Assembly (NCBI GenBank): GCA_964016885.1
Contig: OZ024740.1
Location: forward strand, 365,242,001-365,306,000
Length of the DNA: 64,000 bases
Direction of reading: 5' to 3'
DNA from: Eledone cirrhosa
Lineage: Eukaryota
Below the pieces are notes generated by a model. That model did no database searches and had not been told where the DNA came from. It worked only from the letters and a program-made list of their open reading frames with translations. Numbering within the stretch: position 1 is the first letter of the stretch; every line of letters starts with the position of its first letter. The translations under genes and the position numbers were made by a program. Of the stretch, positions 25,026 to 37,968 are shown piece after piece.

Positions 25026-28000
25026 TATATATAGAGATAGATAGATATATCCATTAAAAAGTTATTTGACTCTAATAATTAAATATCTGACTTTCCGAAC
25101 ACTATTGCATATACCTAACTTTCCTTATTAATTTACTACTTGTTTTGTTCTGTAAAATAAAATACGCAGTAAACAAATTCTATTCTTTGATGTTTAACAC
25201 TTTTATTGCCATATTTTAAATGAAAGACACTGCCTGTGGGTTTCAATTAATTTTGGAACTAACCAAATATTTGGAGGAATTTAAAAACATAACTAAGCTT
25301 TTCATTGGTGAGCTGAACATTATTGAGCAAAAATTTCTAAAATGAGCAATTTTATATAAGGTTGTTTTCAGGCAGTTATCAAGAGTCCACCAATTAACGT
25401 CTGTCCTTCCATGTTCCATGTTGGCATGAGTTGGATCGGTCGTTTGTTATAGACGAGGTTAGCACTTAATTGGAGCTATCTGTCCTAGACTGGCTTGAGG
25501 CCACGTTCCGGGTTTTGGCATGGTTTCTACATCTGGACGGATGGCATTCTAATGCTAACCACAGTTCTACTAAAAACTGTAAATACACAAAATTATGATA
25601 CACAAATAAATATAAAACACTGGTTCCTCAAAGCTGGGTACTAGCTATATAATTGAACAGTAACCCTTTCATTACCATATTTCTAATAAATTACACTGTA
25701 TTTAAAATAATTATTGAAAAATTTTGAGAGATTTACTGAAATTACTTCAATTATTAAGATGGTATTTCTAACATAACAAAGGGTTCTTATATAAACTTGG
25801 AAGATTTTAATTTTATATCAGAACTATGAGTGGCTTCATTCCATAGAAGCAGAGGTGGTTTGAGGCAAGTTGATATCAAAAGAGCTAATTGTTATCACTA
25901 ATGTAATAAATATTTCTACTTTTGGCACAAGGCCATCAATTTGAAGGGGTAGGGAAAATTGATTAAATCGATCTCGTAAAGATGAAAAGTAAAGCTAATC
26001 TTAGCAGATTTGAACTCAGAACTTAAAAGGCCGTAACTATATGCCACAAAGCATGTTGTCTCCCAGTATATATTCAATACACCCATTAATCTTCTCTTAG
26101 TACTCCCCTATTTCACCCCCCCCCCCCCCCCCCACTATACTAAACAATGTTTACTGGTGAACACAAATAAAACAGGAGGGAATATCACATTTTGGCTCGG
26201 AAAATCGTTTAAACTGAAATAAATAGATGTGTTTCTACTGTTTTAAATAAATTACCCCCCTTTTTTTAGTATTTAAATAAGATGCCAATTAATTAATGAA
26301 GAACTTTGAGGGATTTACTAAAATTATTAATTATTTTCTTACTAAGATAGTAACTTAACATATGGTTCTATATAAAAAAAATTGTTGGAAGATTTTGATT
26401 TAAACAACTGGTGGTTTTGTGTTATAGAAGCAGAGCCAGTTTTGGCTGGGTTGATAATTAATAGGGTTAAGGGGTTCCTCGAGCAGTTACTAAATTGTCA
26501 CCAGAATCAAGCTAGTCCAACTTTGCAGGATATCATTAACCCTTACTATTTAAGAAATTTAAGAATTCTTAGGGGTTTTTTAAGTGTCTTTACTACTACT
26601 GCTTTCATTTTTAGACTACATCAGTTTCTTGGACACTGCCCTTAAAGGATTTATTTGATTATATCAACCCCAGCACGTTATTTGGTACATATTTTATTAG
26701 CTTCAGAAGAGGATGAAAAGCAACGTTTGCAGGAAGTAATGAGACAACCTCAGCATATCATAATATTCCAAGTTTACCATTCTATACCTTTCTCTATATG
26801 CGTTTATAATATATATATATATATAAAGGAGTAACTACCCACCCGGTTACGAATGACCGTGTGACTTTGGCACCTAGAAAATTCCTTTCCTAGGCACAAA
26901 CCCGGACAAGATGTTTTCGTGGAAGACCAGCAGTCGTCCATGCATAGTAGTCACCTCTCGCCACTCCACCGTTGTTCTCTAAAGGAAAGGCAAGGTCGAT
27001 ACAGCTTGGCACCAGAGACGTCGTAACTCGTTTCTACAGCTGAGTGAACTGAAGCAATGTGAAGTAAAGTGCCTTGCCCAAGGACACAACGCACTGCCTG
27101 TTCGGGGAATCAAAGTCACAGCCTACAGCTAAACCTACATATATAACACACCATCTAAAGTGGTACACATTAGGAAGTGCATCCAACCGTAGTGGAAAAT
27201 GAGACCTATTTAAGCGAGATATGGCTACCCGACCCTATCCATCGCATCGCGAAACAGTAATCTCGGTAGTATGTGTGCAGCATAACAGAATGGTTCAGAG
27301 GTTCACTTTGATATCATTAGGTCTCGAGTTCGATCCTCCTCGTGATGTCTTGTGTCGACCCATGCATTGGGTGAAATCGGGTAGATGGAAAGACCGCCGA
27401 GTAGACACAGTATAATTCAAAGGACCAGTCGCAGTGTTATGTTGAATCTCCCTAAATATTACGTTATGGGTACAAATGTGTTTGTGAACTGCTCAGCCAC
27501 TTACACAATAATTTTATATAGGGATCCTCCCGGATTAGTTGGAAACGGTCAATTCTGACAGGACCCGCTGGAAGAAGTGTTTGATGACCCTGACTCCACA
27601 ACCTTCTCAGGAATATATACATATATATTGACGAGGTTATGGTGAATATTTGCTATAATCCCGTTTGCTTACAATTACTCACTCAATGAGATATGGAAGC
27701 TTGTCTCAGAGTGCTAACCAATTATGTGTGTGTGTGTGTATATATATATAATTATATATGTGTGTATGCTACATAGTTATTCCACAAGCTTCCGGACACT
27801 TTCCACTAGTAAATTGCCCTCATGCGGGCTATGTATAGTAAGTGTCCGAAACTACGATGTTCGGAAGAAAACGCGCATTCATGTTTTCCATTGTTCAATT
27901 TTTTGCCGCTCAGACTCCACCGAAAATCCTCGTCTATCTGTCTACATTGAGATGTGATTGTTCACGTTATATAGATCTTTCTTCTATTAACTTTCCCTCT

Positions 28001-28281
28001 TGTCTCAATCCCCCTTCACTGCTGCTATACTTTACTGTCTTATAGCATCAATATCATAATCGCATGTCTGCAGCCATTTTCACAGTCTCTACACTTCCAA
28101 CCCCGTGTCTTTTTTTTTGTCTTTTTTTTTTCTTCCGTTACTCCTATTTTTAATCTTCACCTTAACTCTTACTACCACTATCCTCTCTGTCACTATTAGT
28201 CTTTCTCCCCCTCCCTCTTTCACATGTTTCCTTGCTGAGTGCCCCTTATCTCTGTTGTTCTATTGTGAATAGAATGTATGC

Positions 28282-28327
<46 letters not shown>

Positions 28328-29056
28328 TATATATATATAATGATGTGCTGAATCACTTCCTACTCCCCTTCAACACACTCTATATACTTTCTATTTATAG
28401 CATCCTGCTTTGGTTTTCGGGTCAAACAGGCTTCAAGACAAAAAATTTCTCCCAATTCCTGTCACTGATCGCTAATAGTTTTCTTTTTCTTTCTTTCTCT
28501 CCTATATCTTCTCTCTCTCAGTGATTTCCCCACTCTTTTAACTTTCTTATCTTCTTTCCTTGTATGTATATCCCCCCCCCCTTCCCCCGTTAAAGGTTTT
28601 TAGCTGTAACATTCCATCATGGAGACTCGCTAAGCATATCAAGAAATAAACTTTTAAAAAAATTGTCTACAGTTTTCTAGGTTAGCATGGGTTGTTGTTC
28701 TTGTTATGGCCTGCCTCTTCTGTATGTGCTAGTTTCTAAAATTCATAAAAATCTTACTTTTGTGTCTCGTTCTTCTATTTTAATCCATTTTCATTCTTGA
28801 CTATTTTTTATACCATATATTTTTTTTGGGGGGGTGGGGGGGGGGCGATAGCTATGTTCAGCTATTTAATTTCCATAACCTCACCATAATTCGTGGACTT
28901 CAGTTTGCACTTTTAGACTTTCAACATCTACAAAACTAATAACCCTTATTTATGCATTTGCATATATAGAAACTGTGACACGCACACATTATTTATATAT
29001 ATATATATATATATATTAAACTCCCCTAGAGAGAGTATATACACACACACACACAC

Positions 29057-29163
<107 letters not shown>

Positions 29164-30200
29164 GGGAGTTTAATAGATGGTGGTAGACAGAAAATTAGGT
29201 ATTCACTAAAACGTCTTTACTATAGCTATACATTTAGTATTTCCAACATCTGTCTACCTTTTCCACGGTCTGCTAAACAAATCTAGCTTTGTCCTTCCTT
29301 CCATTAGTGATTCACATTTTTTAAAATCTACATTACCTTCACACACTTAGAAACATTCTCTTTTTCTCTTCATATGACAAATATTTTTTAACCCTTTTGT
29401 GACCATATTTCTAATGAAAACAAATCTATTTAGATCAATTAAAGAATAGTTGTTGTTTTTTTTTAGGGATTTACTAAAGTTAGTAATTATTTCATTACTT
29501 CACATATGGTTCTTATGAAAACATTGTTAGAAAATGCTAATTTAAATAAGAACCTTTTATAGATTGATAGGGCGAGAGCCGGTTTTAACCGAGTTTGTAT
29601 CAAAAGAGAAAAAGGTGGTGGCAATGTTGTAGATAACAGCTATAAAAAGAGTTTTTTATCGACTGTGGAAAATGTCTTTTTAGTATATAGTTGTGGATTA
29701 TGAAATTAATACAGAATAAAATGCCTGCCAATACGTAGTTATGTCCCTTTACGTTCTAAGTTCAAATCCCAAGCGGATAAATTAAATAAGTGCTGGATAA
29801 CCTAAGGTTATATGATAAAAACTGTTTGTTTTAAAGTGGTTTTTCTTAAATTTAAACATTCTATTGTGATTTTAAAAGACATTTGAAGTTATATTCCAAA
29901 CATCAATTTAATGAGAAAGTTATATTACTAAATCTCCAAATTTTTCATTATAAAAAAAAATTCGAAAAATTATATGCAACGTCTGTCTTTCGTTAAAAAT
30001 AGGGTGTCGAAATAGTTAAACTGAATGCATTCTTAACCTAAAATTTATGATTTTGTGTCAATGTTAGAAATATAGATTTTTGGTTTATTATGAAACAAGA
30101 AATAATAAGATATACTAGTTTAGTTAAAACAGATATATCACTTTTCACATATACACACACAAGACGGTGGCTAAAAGAAGCATTTTTGTTTTTATTTTTT

Positions 30201-30560
30201 GCGGCGAAGGGACAAAAGATTGAAGTGCCAGTGAGGACTCGACCATGGGATAAATTGACACGTTGCTTAGAACGATGTCATCAGAAGGGTCGTTGACGTG
30301 GTCGGTTTCTCATCTCAATGGGAGCCTGCTGGCCACAAACCTGGGCGCTGTTGTCCGTAACGCAGAGGAGAGAAAGATAGCTAAATGCCGACCGCTTCTT
30401 TTTCGTGCGGGTCGCCTTCAAAGCCTCTATCCCCGCAAAACTGGGAGAAGTATGTCTCGTGAGTTAGAGTGGCTGATGCAGTGGGTATCGCTGGCAACCC
30501 CTTCGCTATTTTGTACACTGGGCGCAGCTGAGATATACACCCTAGAGAGGGATGTAGAAT
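30201..30560 (+). repeat. GC-rich structured dispersed repeat (possible non-LTR retroelement 5' UTR)
   Basis: Several complementary segments. A diverged homologue lies on the minus strand at ~17700-17850 (GTATATCTCAGCTG, CCCACTGCATCA). Confidence 0.5.
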
Positions 30561-30885
30561 CTACCCATTTTCCCTTACTTTCACTTTTTAATCTTTATGA
30601 AATTAACAGGATTCCCGTAGTATTAGTTTGAAATAAAAATGTTTCCTTTACAAATTCATGCATGCGAGATAGATGTAATCATTTACTATAACACAGCTAA
30701 TATCTAAGACATAAATATTTTTGTATATAACAAATGAAAGACTCAATGGGTGGTATTTAAAATGATATTGTATACACACACAATAACACATATACATGTA
30801 TTCTTAAATATCTGTGCAGATATAAATGATTTTATATATATATATGTGTGTGTGTGTTTATTTACAACATACATACACGTGCGCA

Positions 30886-30916
<31 letters not shown>

Positions 30917-31359
30917 TAAACTTGTATGAACTTGGCCGGTAATTTCTTCAGTTTGGCACATACACACGTACATACGTGGGTATGTTTAGCTGTGAAACAC
31001 AGTTACAGGTCAAGAAACTAAGCTTCTAATAAAATATATACATTTACACATGCGTACTAACACACATTTTAATATAAAGTTATTTTGTTATTTTACTATA
31101 AAAAAGTGAAATAACAACACATCATTTCCTGCCAATTTCTTCTGTTTGTAAGAAACCAATAAGACCAAGGGACACAACTCTGTTGGCCTGACTGACATTT
31201 CTTTTACTAATTTCAATCTATAAAATTAAGACATTTTGATTTTAGACGGTCATTTCAGCCCTTGTCCCCCCCCCCCCCCTTATTTTTAATCGATCTCTCT
31301 TTTGGTGAACCGCTAGACTAGGAACATGAACAGACGTAAACAGACACGGACACACACGC

Positions 31360-31399
<40 letters not shown>

Positions 31400-31403
<4 letters not shown>

Positions 31404-31567
31404 CAGTGGAATATCAGGTTATATCCAAAGTAGGTAAAGCACTCAGTCCAAAGGGCGATTTGGGTATAGAGTTAATTTCACAACAAAATTACCCAACTAT
31501 ACTCGAGAACATGTTTTAACTAAAAAGGTGTGTTCTCAAATATGCTTTGGTAATAGTGAAATTAACA
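31400..31567 (-). mobile_element. PLE pLTR remnant with fold-back (same family as 22436)
   Basis: The reverse complement of the shared tail abuts (TA)n. GTTAATTTCAC...GTGAAATTAAC inverted arms. Confidence 0.62.
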
Positions 31568-31754
31568 TATATAGTGTGTATACTATGGGATTCTGTTGTT
31601 TCCGTTTACCAAATTTCATTAGTCAATCTGAGGCTGTAGTATAAAATATTCATCCAAGGTGCCGCGTGGGGAAACTGAACCTGGGACCACATAGTCGCGA
31701 AGTTTTTAACCACACAGCTGTGCTTGCATTTGTGTGTACATATGAAAGAACAAA

Positions 31755-32028
31755 GCGGTGGATTGGCAGTATCGGTAGAGGGTCGGACGCCATGCTTTGA
31801 CGCACAGAGTTACAGCCCTTGCCATTCTGAGTTCAAATCTCGCCGAGGTTAACTTTGCCTTTCATCCTTACGGGGTCGATAAAATAAAGTACCAGTAATA
31901 CACTGGGTAATTGCTGGCCTTGTGCCTAACGTAGAAACAATTATTAAATGTAATCAATAAAGTACCAGTAATGTACTGGGTATTTGCTGGCCTTGTGCCT
32001 AAAGTAGAAACAATTATTAAATGTAATC
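31755..32028 (+). mobile_element. Nin/Deu-like SINE with tandemly duplicated 3' tail
   Basis: Full copy to ~31945, then AATAAAGTACCAG..GAAACAATTATTAAATGTAATCA repeated. Confidence 0.88.
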
Positions 32029-33620
32029 ACATTTATTTAGTAAAATATAAATAGTATATTGGAATGGCTTGTAATTTAAACTTTTAAAAATTGTTTCTTT
32101 CGTTTATTAGGCATAACTTTTAGATTATGCAAATGAGTTTTAATGGCATTTGGATAGAATATACTCGGATATCCCTGGCAATAAAAGGACACTGAAAGGT
32201 ACCTTAATTTTCACTAAGGTGTTGTTGTTGCTGTCGTTTTTCTTGTCGTCGCCCCCCCCCCCCCCATTAATATGTATTTTCAATATTCTGTGTATATGTG
32301 TAAGGGCCGTTGGGATCTACAAAGTTCTGATTATAAAGAGTTGCGTCATACGCGTTAATACTACATGGAATTTCATTGAGGTTGCAGTAGAGTTGACAAC
32401 CATTGGGTACAATCAGGCTTCCTGGCATTTATTTACACTTTATTATTGACTATATAAATGCTATGTTAATTATATAGCTAGTAAGCCAAGTGTATAATCT
32501 AGATAGAATGTAGATCTCATTTTATATAATATTATTTATGTCAAATTATGTTTCATATCTAGAGTTGTGTATGTTACTAAATAGTATTGATATGTAAATG
32601 TGGTTGGTGTTAGGAAGGGCATCCTGCTGTAGAAAATAAGCTAAAATCAATTCTAAATATGAAAATTAAGGTCCTCTGACCTGATCTCTCACAAAGGGAC
32701 TGACTGCCCGTCCTACCCATGCTAGTATGGAAGATTGTTGATGAATAATTTTAAAGACATATTTTGATAATTAAATTAAATATACTTAATTAACTAATGA
32801 AGGTCAATAGAAATCAGAGTTGAAGGAAACTAGCAAAAATCCTTAAATACAATTCACAAATTTTATTTAAGGTCCTGATTTATGAGAACACAGCTTTCAC
32901 AAAATGCAACTGAATATGACTTTTTATTTAAACAGCTGGAAGGAGAGATGGCCACATTAATGCTTGGTTGGTATTTTCTTTATCAACTCCAAGAGGATGA
33001 AAGCTGGAACAAATATTCAATGCTCTAACTCAACCACATAGAACCCAATTATATAGATTTTGTCCATAGCTACATGTGTGTGTGTGTGTGTATCATCATC
33101 ATCATTGTCATTTAATGCCTGTTTTCTCTGCTAGCAAGGGTTGGATGGTGGTCACAAACTGAGTCAGTACTCATGTGGGGCTACTGACCTCCCAGACAGG
33201 CCAGTGGTCAGTATCTTACATATGGGCCCACACGTTACCAGGTTTGTGTGTGTGGAGAGAGGGAGTTAGAGGTGGTCATACTGGTGCCACAACAAAAAAC
33301 ACCAAGTCCACACTGTTAGGTGGTCGTGCTGATGCTAAGAAAAAAGCTCCCAGTACACACTGAAATATGGTTGGCATTAGGAAGGGCATCCAGCCATAGA
33401 AATTGGAAGCTAAAATGGGGTTCATGAGCAAGGCATGGTCACCGGATCTGCCTAGCTTAATGCGACACCGTCTAGCCGATGCTAGCTTTGGAAATAAACG
33501 TTGAATGGGAATGTGTGTGCGTATGAGTATGTATATATAAAGAACGATTTTTCATAGAGGAACAGAATGAGATCACTGTTATATAAAGTACTCAGTATAT
33601 TAAATAGATAGTGTACATAA

Positions 33621-33757
33621 TTTATTTCAAATAGAAATTACTTCTACAGGACTAGAGCTGTTTCATTCATTTGAAATCACCAGGTAAGTCTTTCCTGGTG
33701 ATATCAGTCAAATGAAGCAGTTCTAGTCTTGTAGAAATCATTTCCATCTGAAATAAA
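33621..33757. mobile_element. Fold-back PLE remnant with a decayed hammerhead in each arm
   Basis: ~63-bp imperfect inverted arms around a 9-nt loop. Arms read CCTGGTGA..TGAA(A/G)CAG(C/T)TCTAGTC. Confidence 0.62.
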
Positions 33758-34157
33758 ATATGTGTGTGTGCATGCGCTTACTTTCATATACATACATATG
33801 TATATGTATGTATATATGCATGTATGTGTGTCTCAACTAAAATTTCAGTTGAGAACATGCACACACACACTGCAATCATAGATATAGATATAGTGAGGAT
33901 GGGGGGAAATAGCACCTGATCATATTAACAAATGATTCCACATTCTCCCTTTAACATTGTAATGTATACAAATGAAGGGAGTCTAGCAGAAATGGCTTCA
34001 TTAGATTCTTACTTCCACTCATGGGAAAATACTTGGTTATTAATATAAGATAGTCCTAACATTTTACTATAGTACTATAAAATCATAATCTTTTCATAGT
34101 TATATGTGTGTATAAGTAGGTATTACCATATAAAATCTTTACATTGACACACATGCG

Positions 34158-34188
<31 letters not shown>

Positions 34189-34513
34189 TTATTACTGTAT
34201 AGAATTTGTACATAGATATATTAGTGTGTGTATATATATATATATAACTTTATATGTTTACACAAATGTGTGTGAGTGTGTATATTTCTGTATATAATCT
34301 TTGCATAGATCTGTGTATATTAGTGTATAGAATTTTTACGTAAGTTTATATGTGTGATAGTATTACTGTATAGATCTTTACATAGATATGTGTATGTATG
34401 TATATTACTATGTAGAATCTTTAAATGGGTATATAATAAAACTATAGACTGTCTTTACATTGATGTATGTGTGGGCATATATTACTGTATACTGTCTTTA
34501 TATATATGTATAT

Positions 34514-34633
34514 ATAGTTATGTAATAAACAACATAATAATAATTTATGTTGTTTATTACATAACTATTAAGCTCTGTAACCTACATAGAGCACTCTTTT
34601 TTCCTGGACCTTTCCGACGGAATTACTTCATTT
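34514..34633 (+). mobile_element. Hairpin-plus-tail insertion in (TA)n (same family as 16705)
   Basis: 24-bp perfect inverted arms (34514-34568) plus the TACATAGAGCACTCTTTTTT tail. Confidence 0.6.
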
Positions 34634-34671
<38 letters not shown>

Positions 34672-36702
34672 TTACATATATTATGTTTGTGTGTAATACT
34701 GTATATTTGTCACCATTAAAATCATGTGTGTTTGTACATATGCACATGTTCTCACATGCCAAAAAATTAAGAGAGTAAAGGCACATGGTCTAGTCTTTAA
34801 GAGTGTTGAATTCATGATCATATGATCGTGGATTGTATGGTACGTTGCTTTCTTGAGCAAGACACTTCATTTCAAATTCTCCAACCCATTCATCTCAGGA
34901 AAAAATAAGTACTAGTATCAGTTGGGGAATTAATGCTTGCAATGGACTGGTGTCCAGTCCAGCAGGAAGATTTTTCATTATAGGACCAGATCTCGCATCA
35001 TTAAAAAATACCCATGAAACCTATATGCAATTTCATATGAGGGCAGGTACACCTACATAGGTATGGACTGTTCTTAAACACACACAGACTCGCACATCTG
35101 TGTAAGGTATGTATGTAGTCATCATCATCACAGCTTCACTTTGCTAACAAAGATTTGCTTGGTCATTTTGGCTGACAAGACCAGTATAGGATAGAGAGGC
35201 CTGGTTTAAAGTGAAATGCTGTTCTGGGTCTGGTGTTGCTGTCATCTCTTCCTCTGACTCCTCAATAGCATCAGCTTTGCAAGCATTCTGTGTATAGTAA
35301 AATGGCACTTTTGCAGTGAGTGATTTGCCAGAGTTAGCCTTTTCAATACCAAAACACCTAAAACTGCTAAGATACTAAGATATTTGGTCTGAAGTATCTA
35401 TATTTATCTAAAAACCTTCCATTGTAATTTTATACAAGTAATGCTCCAATCAACTTATTGAGAAAATTAGTTAGATTATTAACCCACTCCACAAAAAAAT
35501 CCTTGATTATTTTCAAGATGATTTCATAAATAAATCTGTTAACAAAAGAGTTAACTTCAATGAAATTTCTAATAGTCTTCCAAAATGCATGAATTTCACA
35601 CAATCACATTTCTCTTTCATTTGAATATGAAACTATAACTGATTATAATTATAGCTCACACCTACAAATCTGTAAGACAGTGTAATGAAATTCCATTAGA
35701 TATTGTATACTTATTGTTTTTCCATTCACTTTTCCATGGCATGGGTTGGACATGAGGTTTTGAGACAATGTTTTACAGCCACATGCTTTTCTTTACATCA
35801 ACCCTTATGGTTACGTCTTATACATGCAGGGATCCAGTTCACCTATTCTAAAAGCCAAGATACATACATATTATTTGGTATTTCAGTATTGTTTATATCT
35901 ACTGTAGTTTTACTTTTATTTTATCTATGAGAGATCAATGAAATTTCTTGCCAGGAAGATATAATATTCACATGAATTATGCCAAGTTCTTTTTTTCTCT
36001 CTCCTCACCTCCACTTGCTGAAGAAAAAAAAAATTGTGATGTGAGAGATTGTTGTTTGGTAAGCTCCCAGCAAACTTAGTTTAGGGATTGGTTTTAATTC
36101 CCTGATGAGGTTGTTTCACTTGCAATTGTTGTAGCATCAACATCATACTATCTGATTTCCCCCCACCCCCCACCCCCTATGAAATTTATGGTAGTTATAC
36201 CTCAGTCATTTTTCTTATCACATGCTATAAGTTACTCTTTTCAATTTCAAAATATTGGAGCAGTATGAAATAAAGTGTCTTACTTAAAGGGAAAATGGAA
36301 GGAGTGTGTGTGTCTAGTTGTGGTTTCTTTTTGGTATGATGTTCCTTTATGGGGCAATGTTACTGACCCAACACTCAAACTGGCTTAGGAGAGCCTACAG
36401 CTGGAGGAACAGAGTTGGAAAGATATATATATGCATTTGTGCATGTGTATGTTCACAAAAGTAAATATTAACCGTTGTTATTGTAATATATAAACACATC
36501 TATTATACATATAACTAATGGAGTTTAAAAAATGTTTTTTACCTTTTTTTTTAATATACATTTTGCAGAAATGAATTAGAAGAATAAAATGACATTTTTT
36601 AATCTTTGATACTTTTTGGATTTTGTGTGTGTGTGTGTGTATATATATATATGTATGTGTGTGTATTTATATGTGTATATTTACATATGTGTATGTATAT
36701 AT

Positions 36703-36963
36703 TAATAATGAGTAGGAACAAGGTATCGATATAACATCAATATATTTATTCACACGTAACACACATTTCATGATCGATCAGCTCAAGGTATAATTGGTAG
36801 TGATCAGAGCCCAACTATGGAATTAATAGCTCTTCAGAATCCATAAGTCTGGTGAGCTATCGATTCCAATCGGGCCCAATCACTACCAATCATACCTTGA
36901 GCTGCATGAAATGCACGTCATATGTGAATAAATATATCGATACTTTGTTCCTACTCATTATTA
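36703..36963. mobile_element. Fold-back PLE remnant with decayed long-stem-II hammerheads
   Basis: TAATAATGAGTAGGAACAA...TTGTTCCTACTCATTATTA inverted arms. CTGAAGAG/CTGGTGAG ... GAAATGCACGTC. Confidence 0.62.
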
Positions 36964-36979
36964 TTGTTATTATTATTAT

Positions 36980-37095
36980 CCCATAAGGATGAAAGGCGAG
37001 GTTAACTTTGCCTTTCATCCTTATGGGGTCGATAAAATAAAGTACCAGTAATACACTGGGTAATTGCTGGCCTTGTGCCAAAAGTAGAAACAATT
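36980..37095 (+). mobile_element. 5'-inverted, truncated Nin/Deu-like SINE
   Basis: CCCATAAGGATGAAAGGC is the reverse complement of the downstream GCCTTTCATCCTTATGGG. Confidence 0.82.
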
Positions 37096-37245
37096 ATTAT
37101 TATTATTATTAACACTCTGCTTCTTAAGGATACCGATAATAGTGAAGTACCAAACGTGGAATCCCACATTGGTAGCCAGCCCCACATATTACCATTGATT
37201 TTTCAAACTGGTGAACCATCCGTAACTAAACTTTACACACCAATA

Positions 37246-37291
<46 letters not shown>

Positions 37292-37321
37292 TATTTATGG
37301 TAGTTATACCATATATATAAT

Positions 37322-37653
37322 GGAGGCATATGGCTTAGTGGTTAGAGCATTGGCCTTGCAATCGAAAGATTGTGAGTTCAATTCTCAGACCGGGTGATGT
37401 GTTGTTTCCTTGAGCAAGACACTTTATTTCACTTGCTCCAGTTTACTCAGCTGTAGAAATGAGATCATAGGGACTGGGGTCCATATCATTCCACTGTAAA
37501 GTGGTCTGGGAGGTGCCACGGCAAAAAAGCACCCAGCACTCACTGTAAATGAGGTTGGTGTTAGGAAGGGCATCCAGCTGTAGAAATCAAGCCAGAATCA
37601 GTTCCCGTCCCACCCTTGTAAGCAGGGAAAAGCGGACGTAAAATGATGATGAT
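37322..37653 (+). mobile_element. tRNA-derived CORE-type SINE with RTE-derived tail
   Basis: Full-length copy of the same family. Confidence 0.9.
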
Positions 37654-37968
37654 CATCATCATAGAGAGAGAGAGTTGATTAAAATGAACTTGTAACTGAG
37701 TTTCACAGTTTAGTATGATCATTGGATCATTTCTCAAATTTAGTTTTTGTTTAGTTGATTCATGGTGATGAAGAGTTGCAAACAAAAATAAACCACTTGT
37801 TTTTAACTCTGAAACTGCATTAGTAAGATATCCTTGAAAATTATAATACAGCATTATGACTATCACATTCAAAATTAATCTCTTTACTCTAATACTGCAA
37901 ATTTTCATTATGATCTGTCTACTAGTAAAGATACTATAAAGGTTTGAATTAATGAAACTGGTTTTAAA

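Noticed and set aside
30255-30285. Minus-strand CTGATGA followed by a hairpin (hammerhead?)
   Set aside because: No GAAA follows the stem.
30201-30510. RNase P/MRP, 7SK or telomerase RNA
   Set aside because: Terminal pairing is reminiscent, but the conserved CR-I/CR-V motifs, GATC stems and a CTAACCC template were not found. A diverged second copy exists.
30263-30631. 122-aa ORF
   Set aside because: TTG start, no recognisable motif and no splice signals. Explained by local GC richness.
37322-37395. tRNA gene (Cys-like, GCA anticodon)
   Set aside because: It is the head of a multi-copy SINE that continues into CORE and RTE-tail sequence, with no proper acceptor stem.
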